Source: Candidatus Parcubacteria bacterium
GTDB taxonomy: Bacteria > Patescibacteriota > Minisyncoccia > Phycocordibacterales > UBA5272
Direction: 5' to 3'
NCBI GenBank assembly: GCA_039805745.1
Contig: JBDLTQ010000036.1
Coordinates: 1-44,293 of the forward strand
DNA length: 44,293 bases
The first letter of the stretch is position 1; each line of letters starts with the position of its first letter. Of the stretch, positions 40,406 through 44,293 are shown in pieces. The translations under genes and the position numbers were made by a program. The notes beneath the pieces were generated by a model, which was not told where the DNA came from, ran no database searches, and saw only the letters and a program-made list of their open reading frames with translations.

Positions 40406-40990
40406 CTAACAACACTTTGCAAAGGTATCAGTACATAAAATTAAACGCTGCACAAGTTCATGGTCTTCTCCTACTTTTTCTTTGACAATTTCAAGGACTT
40501 TCTGATGGAATTCCACTTTATTTCGAATACTTGAAGTAAAACGTTCCATAAACTCTTCCCCTTCTCTATTCATGTCCTCCAAAAAACTTTCAGTATTATG
40601 TATCTTATCAGCACAAGAAACGAGCGCACTCTCCACTCCTCCTTCACGAAGCACTGCAAGGTATGCTTCTTTCCTTTCTAGCCACGGGAGTTGTTCTTCT
40701 TCACTTTTATTGGCATCAAGTGGTTCAGTGACATGTTTTACTATTTCTGCCACCCGTTCTCCGAAATCTATAACAAGTTGTTCATACGCATAGTGAGGTA
40801 CGTCTTCAAGTGAATCATGCATAAGTCCTGCGATAATAACATCTTCATCATTTGTTACAGAAGAAAGAAGTGTTGCTACAGAAAAAAGATGACTTACATA
40901 CGGAGTATGATACTCATCTTTTCGTATTTGATTACGATGTAAGTGGCAGGCATATTTAATAGCTTTATTAAGGCGAGGAGTAAGAGTCAT
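40406..40990 (-). CDS. HD-domain protein, small alarmone hydrolase (RelA/SpoT/Mesh1)-like
   Basis: HRNQIRK...PYVSHL...AGLMHDSLED...ADKIHN; no synthetase domain; start at ATG 40990. Confidence 0.88.
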   Translation of the reverse strand: MTLTPRLNKAIKYACHLHRNQIRKDEYHTPYVSHLFSVATLLSSVTNDEDVIIAGLMHDSLEDVPHYAYEQLVIDFGERVAEIVKHVTEPLDANKSEEEQLPWLERKEAYLAVLREGGVESALVSCADKIHNTESFLEDMNREGEEFMERFTSSIRNKVEFHQKVLEIVKEKVGEDHELVQRLILCTDTFAKCC

Positions 40991-41148
40991 AGACTTAGGA
41001 GTATACCATACAACTATTCCTACACATCTTTGACAACTGCACCACACACCTAAAAAAGTGCTTAATCTTTTCAAAAGATGTGTAACCATACCGTATGATA
41101 TAAGTCATAGTCAGGCTGTAAAACAATACTTTCTGTGTTTTGTACACA

Positions 41149-41177
41149 TTGACAAATTATATATTTTATGTTAAATT
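41149..41177 (+). promoter_or_regulatory. Sigma-70 promoter for the 41237-42088 operon
   Basis: TTGACA-17 nt-TAAATT with extended TG. Confidence 0.65.
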
Positions 41178-41236
41178 TACAAGGTAAGCCCTTTCATCAA
41201 CCAATACCCCTTTTTTGGGGAGCAAGGAGATTAATC

Positions 41237-41674
41237 ATGGAAAGCAATCGCATTCAACAATGGGTCGAAAACTATAAAATGACCCGCAACATGATGCTCT
41301 GTTGCGTCACTGTCGGACTCCTGTGCCTGTTTGCAAACGGGTACTGGGAGACAGTGCACTTTCTCCGTGACTTGTTTCAGACTGGTCTCCGACTCACCCT
41401 CGCGTTCTTCGTCTTTGTGTCTATCGGAACATTCTTGTTCAGAAAGAACATCAAGCGAGAAGCACCCTCGGGTGAAAGCATGACGACTGTGCTCATCGTT
41501 GTCGGCGGAGCGCTCTGCGTTATCCTCTTCCAACCCAGTTCTGCATGGAACACGTTTCTCCTTATCGGAAAAAACACAACCCCTGCGGTCGGTATGTTTT
41601 TCTTCTTCTGTGCAGGACTCTTGTCCACACTGATGTGGAAAATCCAAACAACCCAAAGAGTAAAGAAAGAGTAA
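41237..41674 (+). CDS. Hypothetical 4-TM membrane protein (orphan)
   Basis: AAGGAG before ATG 41237; four hydrophobic segments; higher GC. Confidence 0.7.
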   Translation: MESNRIQQWVENYKMTRNMMLCCVTVGLLCLFANGYWETVHFLRDLFQTGLRLTLAFFVFVSIGTFLFRKNIKREAPSGESMTTVLIVVGGALCVILFQPSSAWNTFLLIGKNTTPAVGMFFFFCAGLLSTLMWKIQTTQRVKKE

Positions 41675-41677
41675 ACC

Positions 41678-42088
41678 ATGAAAGCGATCTTTCGCTTCCT
41701 CCAGCGACTCGATGTCGCTGTGATGCTCGCAGTAGTATTCATTGCGATGCCAAGTGCTGTCACCTACGTCGCAACGACGTTTGGTGTCGATGTCGGACTT
41801 GTCTTCCACACTTTCCTTAGTGTGATTGGAGTCCTCCTGACGATATTTCTATTTTGGGCACTAACCGCAAAATGGAATATAGAGAAGCTCGGTCTCTTTA
41901 TCGTTTCAGCAGGTGCAGGTCTCGGTGGTGTTATCATCGCCTTCAACCTGTTCGCAGGTATCTACCAGTGGATCACACCCTCATGGTTTGAGTACTTCCA
42001 CCGTATGGGAACTCTCACTGTCATAGTGACTGCGGTATGGGGAACCTTTCTCCAGTATGTTTATATCCCTTGGATAAAAAACAACTGA
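41678..42088 (+). CDS. Hypothetical 4-TM membrane protein (orphan)
   Basis: Starts 3 nt after the upstream stop; four hydrophobic segments. Confidence 0.72.
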   Translation: MKAIFRFLQRLDVAVMLAVVFIAMPSAVTYVATTFGVDVGLVFHTFLSVIGVLLTIFLFWALTAKWNIEKLGLFIVSAGAGLGGVIIAFNLFAGIYQWITPSWFEYFHRMGTLTVIVTAVWGTFLQYVYIPWIKNN

Positions 42089-42117
42089 AAAATTCTCCCG
42101 AGAAAACCGTACACAAT

Positions 42118-42152
42118 AAAGCACTATATAAGCTTCGCTTATATAGTGCTTT
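42118..42152. terminator. Bidirectional terminator
   Basis: AAAGCACTATATAAGC-TTC-GCTTATATAGTGCTTT, 16-bp perfect stem. Confidence 0.75.
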
Positions 42153-42169
42153 TTCTTTTCTCGAGAAAA

Positions 42170-42232
42170 CTACTTCGTAGTTTTCTTTGGTTTCTTTGTT
42201 TCTTTTTTATGAGTTTTTGTTTCTTTTGCCAT
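42170..42232 (-). CDS. Putative 20-aa Lys-rich micro-protein MAKETKTHKKETKKPKKTTK
   Basis: ATG at 42232, 8 nt after TATACT (42241-42246); TAG at 42170; ends at the bidirectional terminator. Not in the ORF track. Confidence 0.55.
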   Translation of the reverse strand: MAKETKTHKKETKKPKKTTK

Positions 42233-42403
42233 ATACCTACAGTATAACGATTCTTTTATAAATCAAAAGTGGATAGCGTAGACCAAAAAATGTGTCTACA
42301 TTACTCACATAATGAGATACTTTTTCTACTCTTAGTAGGTTATTATTCATATCAAACATAAAGTAGCTACTGCGCTTACTTTTTGAACTAACCATTTTTA
42401 TTG

Positions 42404-42435
42404 TTGACAAAATACTCTATTTGATTTAATATAAT
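42404..42435 (+). promoter_or_regulatory. Sigma-70 promoter for the candidate sRNA
   Basis: TTGACA (42404-42409)-17 nt-TAATAT, overlapping TATAAT (42430-42435); no plus-strand ORF follows. Confidence 0.7.
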
Positions 42436-42439
42436 ATCA

Positions 42440-42540
42440 GTCGGGTTTTTCCTCCTCCCTCACCTCCCCGACACAGGCACTGTGAATCTTTGCCTGAAGC
42501 CCCGCTTAGGATCTCGAGCATCCAGCGGGGCTCTTTTTTT
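42440..42540 (+). ncRNA. Candidate ~100-nt small RNA with three hairpins and an anti-SD-like loop
   Basis: GUCGGG/CCCGAC stem with loop UUUUUCCUCCUCCCUCACCUC; CAGGCA/UGCCUG stem; AGCCCCGCU/AGCGGGGCU stem plus U7; GC-rich island in an AT-rich spacer. Confidence 0.65.
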
Positions 42541-42548
42541 ATATACTT

Positions 42549-42905
42549 CTACCGTTTACAGAGTTTTGACAATACTCTTCCACTTTTTATTGCTTCTTCT
42601 TCAGAGGAAAAATAAATGATATTCTTCTTTACAATTCTTGAGGCACCAGAACACCATGTGTATGTATATGTTTTGCCATATTTACTAGCAAAAGGAAGAG
42701 AGGGGCTAGTCACTGCTTTCTCATAATAACTATCTCCTTTACTATAGACAATGGGAATCTGTGTGCGTTGGCGTTCTTTATAGACAACACAAAAAAGAGC
42801 ACTAATAATAAGACATGACAAAAAAATACTGATCAAATCGACGACAGAAATCTTGCTATTGATATTTTTTAAATAATCTTGTATACTAAGGGCTCTAATA
42901 GACAT
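42549..42905 (-). CDS. Membrane-anchored protein with an Ada metal-binding-like C-terminal domain
   Basis: Single TM, then ASKYGKTY...WCSGASRIVKKNIIYFSSEEEAIKSGR...C. Confidence 0.8.
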   Translation of the reverse strand: MSIRALSIQDYLKNINSKISVVDLISIFLSCLIISALFCVVYKERQRTQIPIVYSKGDSYYEKAVTSPSLPFASKYGKTYTYTWCSGASRIVKKNIIYFSSEEEAIKSGRVLSKLCKR

Positions 42906-42922
42906 TGTTTTAAGTATACGCT

Positions 42923-43204
42923 ATGGCAACCCGTAAAGCCGCAGGTTCGGCAAAAAACCTAACAGATAGTAAACCAAAGTACCTCGGTACTAAGCTTTAC
43001 GCAGGAGAAATGGCTACCGCTGGCGCTATTATTGTTCGTCAGCGAGGTACTCGCATCCTTCCTGGTAAAAATGTTGGTCTTGGAAAAGATCACACCCTTT
43101 ATGCTCTCGCAGAAGGAAAAGTCTCTTTCGGAGAACGACGAATGAAGCATCTCGATGGAACAACAAAAAGAAAGAAAGTTGCAAACATTGAGCCAGCTCA
43201 ATAA
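42923..43204 (+). CDS. rpmA: 50S ribosomal protein L27
   Basis: MATRKAAGS...DSKPKYLG...IIVRQRGT...[15 protein letters not shown]. Confidence 0.97.
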   Translation: MATRKAAGSAKNLTDSKPKYLGTKLYAGEMATAGAIIVRQRGTRILPGKNVGLGKDHTLYALAEGKVSFGERRMKHLDGTTKRKKVANIEPAQ

Positions 43205-43222
43205 ATAACTATCACAACAACA

Positions 43223-43256
43223 ATAAAAAATACTGACACCTGTCAGTATTTTTTAT
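43223..43256 (+). terminator. Terminator after rpmA
   Basis: ATAAAAAATACTGACA-CC-TGTCAGTATTTTTTAT. Confidence 0.7.
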
Positions 43257-43386
43257 ATCCCATTCTTTAAAATTTTCTTATTTCTATATCTATCCATATA
43301 CATTAAAAAATGATAGAATTAGCTGAACGGGAATATTCTTATATTTCCCGTATTTTCTTTTTTAACATCAGAAAAAGGGATCCTCT

Positions 43387-43632
43387 GTGAAAAAGTATAT
43401 TTCTTACAAGTGTTGTTTTGTTGCAACTACCATCTTGTTCTTTTTATCAATTATTTTTGCTTCTTGGAAAATATTACAATACCGAGAACTTGGTTCACCA
43501 ACGCTTTTTATTATTATAAAAGCATGGGGACTTGTTGGTGTTGTAGTCTTTTTTTCAGTTCTTTTTCTTTTCTTTGAAAAGAAATCGGAGGAAGAAAAAT
43601 TCCTCAACGAACGCAAAAAAGTAATTGAATAA
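43387..43632 (+). CDS. Small 2-TM hypothetical protein
   Basis: GTG start after AAGGGA; two hydrophobic helices; hairpin after the stop. Confidence 0.55.
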   Translation: MKKYISYKCCFVATTILFFLSIIFASWKILQYRELGSPTLFIIIKAWGLVGVVVFFSVLFLFFEKKSEEEKFLNERKKVIE

Positions 43633-43649
43633 GGACATAACTAATCAAC

Positions 43650-43679
43650 AATCACCGGTTAACTTAACCGGTGATTTTT
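43650..43679. terminator. Bidirectional terminator
   Basis: AATCACCGGTTAA-C-TTAACCGGTGATT between convergent genes. Confidence 0.65.
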
Positions 43680-43709
43680 CATATCATACTCACTGTAACC
43701 ACATCAAAG

Positions 43710-44150
43710 CTAGATAACCTCAACAACAACATCAGCAACCTTGTCACCTTGTTTAATTTGTACAGTATGTTTCCCGATTGATTTTAGTGTATGTGGCACA
43801 AGTATCTGTTTAGGGTCAATAGATAATCTAACTGTTTCGAAAATAGCATCAGCAATATCAGTATCTCTAATATGTGCAAAAAGCTGACCTTTATCATCAT
43901 ACTTTTTATTTCGTATAAGAACTCTTGATGTTCTCAATGCTTCGACAAGAGACAGAAAAGTATTGAGGGCGACATCTTTTTGGCGTTTTTTACTCTCTTC
44001 TTTTGTTTTCCATTTTGATAACTCAGCAGGTGTTGCTTGTAGCGCATCACCCTTCTTAATTAAGACATTCACAGCATACGCATCAGAAACATCCTTTACT
44101 TCACCACGCTTACCAAGTTTTGCAGTATCCCGTAATAGTATTACTTTCAT
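43710..44150 (-). CDS. rplI: 50S ribosomal protein L9
   Basis: MKVILLRDTAKLGKRGEVKDVSDAYAVNVLI...A...AT, GQLF, LKSIGKHTV; start at ATG 44150. Confidence 0.93.
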   Translation of the reverse strand: MKVILLRDTAKLGKRGEVKDVSDAYAVNVLIKKGDALQATPAELSKWKTKEESKKRQKDVALNTFLSLVEALRTSRVLIRNKKYDDKGQLFAHIRDTDIADAIFETVRLSIDPKQILVPHTLKSIGKHTVQIKQGDKVADVVVEVI

Positions 44151-44177
44151 AATAAATACAGTATAACACAAAACCCC

Positions 44178-44291
44178 CTACCTCCCCTCCACCTTCTTCC
44201 TCGTCATCTCTCCAAAGATACCAGTACCTTTAGTGAGCATAAGTGGGGTAAGGATTTCATCTGCATAGAATTCTTGGAAACGGATAAGGGC
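44178..44291 (-). CDS. 3' end of a peptidoglycan-binding-domain protein (truncated by the window edge)
   Basis: Manual translation ALIRFQEFYADEILTPLMLTKGTGIFGEMTRKKVEGR*, resembling PG_binding_1 C-termini. Confidence 0.75.
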   Translation of the reverse strand, partial: ALIRFQEFYADEILTPLMLTKGTGIFGEMTRKKVEGR

Positions 44292-44293
44292 AC

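Noticed and set aside
41231-41820. Antisense and alternate-frame ORFs (41231-41809, 41377-41763, 41545-41820)
   Set aside because: Shadow ORFs of a GC-richer segment; promoter, SD and terminator support the two plus-strand membrane genes
42440-42540. tRNA, SRP RNA or a 16S rRNA 3' fragment
   Set aside because: No cloverleaf or T-loop, no SRP GGAA tetraloop domain and no helix-45 sequence; only the short anti-SD-like words match
1-44293. Genetic code 25 (UGA=Gly) as in Gracilibacteria/Absconditabacteria
   Set aside because: Core genes are full length in code 11 and leuS ends at a TGA

Overview
AT-rich bacterial chromosome segment read in genetic code 11. Gene content and protein style point to a Patescibacteria/CPR genome, most likely Parcubacteria (inference). 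Almost all housekeeping genes lie on the minus strand: uvrA, a DEDDh exonuclease, mltG, leuS, a MacAB-like ABC exporter with two homopolymer frameshifts, rnhB, a DsbA-like protein, a class II photolyase, mraZ-rsmH-ftsL-ftsI, lysS, greA, mreB-mreC-mrdA, rlmB, a PD-(D/E)XK nuclease, a UvrD-type helicase-nuclease, TerC, an HD hydrolase and rplI; rpmA is on the plus strand. Orphan genes with their own promoter, Shine-Dalgarno (SD) site and terminator are interspersed. Main unannotated signals: (1) a ~100-nt candidate sRNA at 42440-42540 with its own promoter and terminator and an anti-SD-like loop; (2) a GC-rich gene at 19662-20255 whose 3' end looks like a diversity-generating retroelement (DGR) variable region, with no reverse transcriptase or template repeat in the window; (3) a split between apparently leaderless core genes and SD-led accessory genes; (4) a 20-aa Lys-rich micro-ORF. 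No tRNA, rRNA, CRISPR array or transposase was seen. All calls are by eye; no searches were run.
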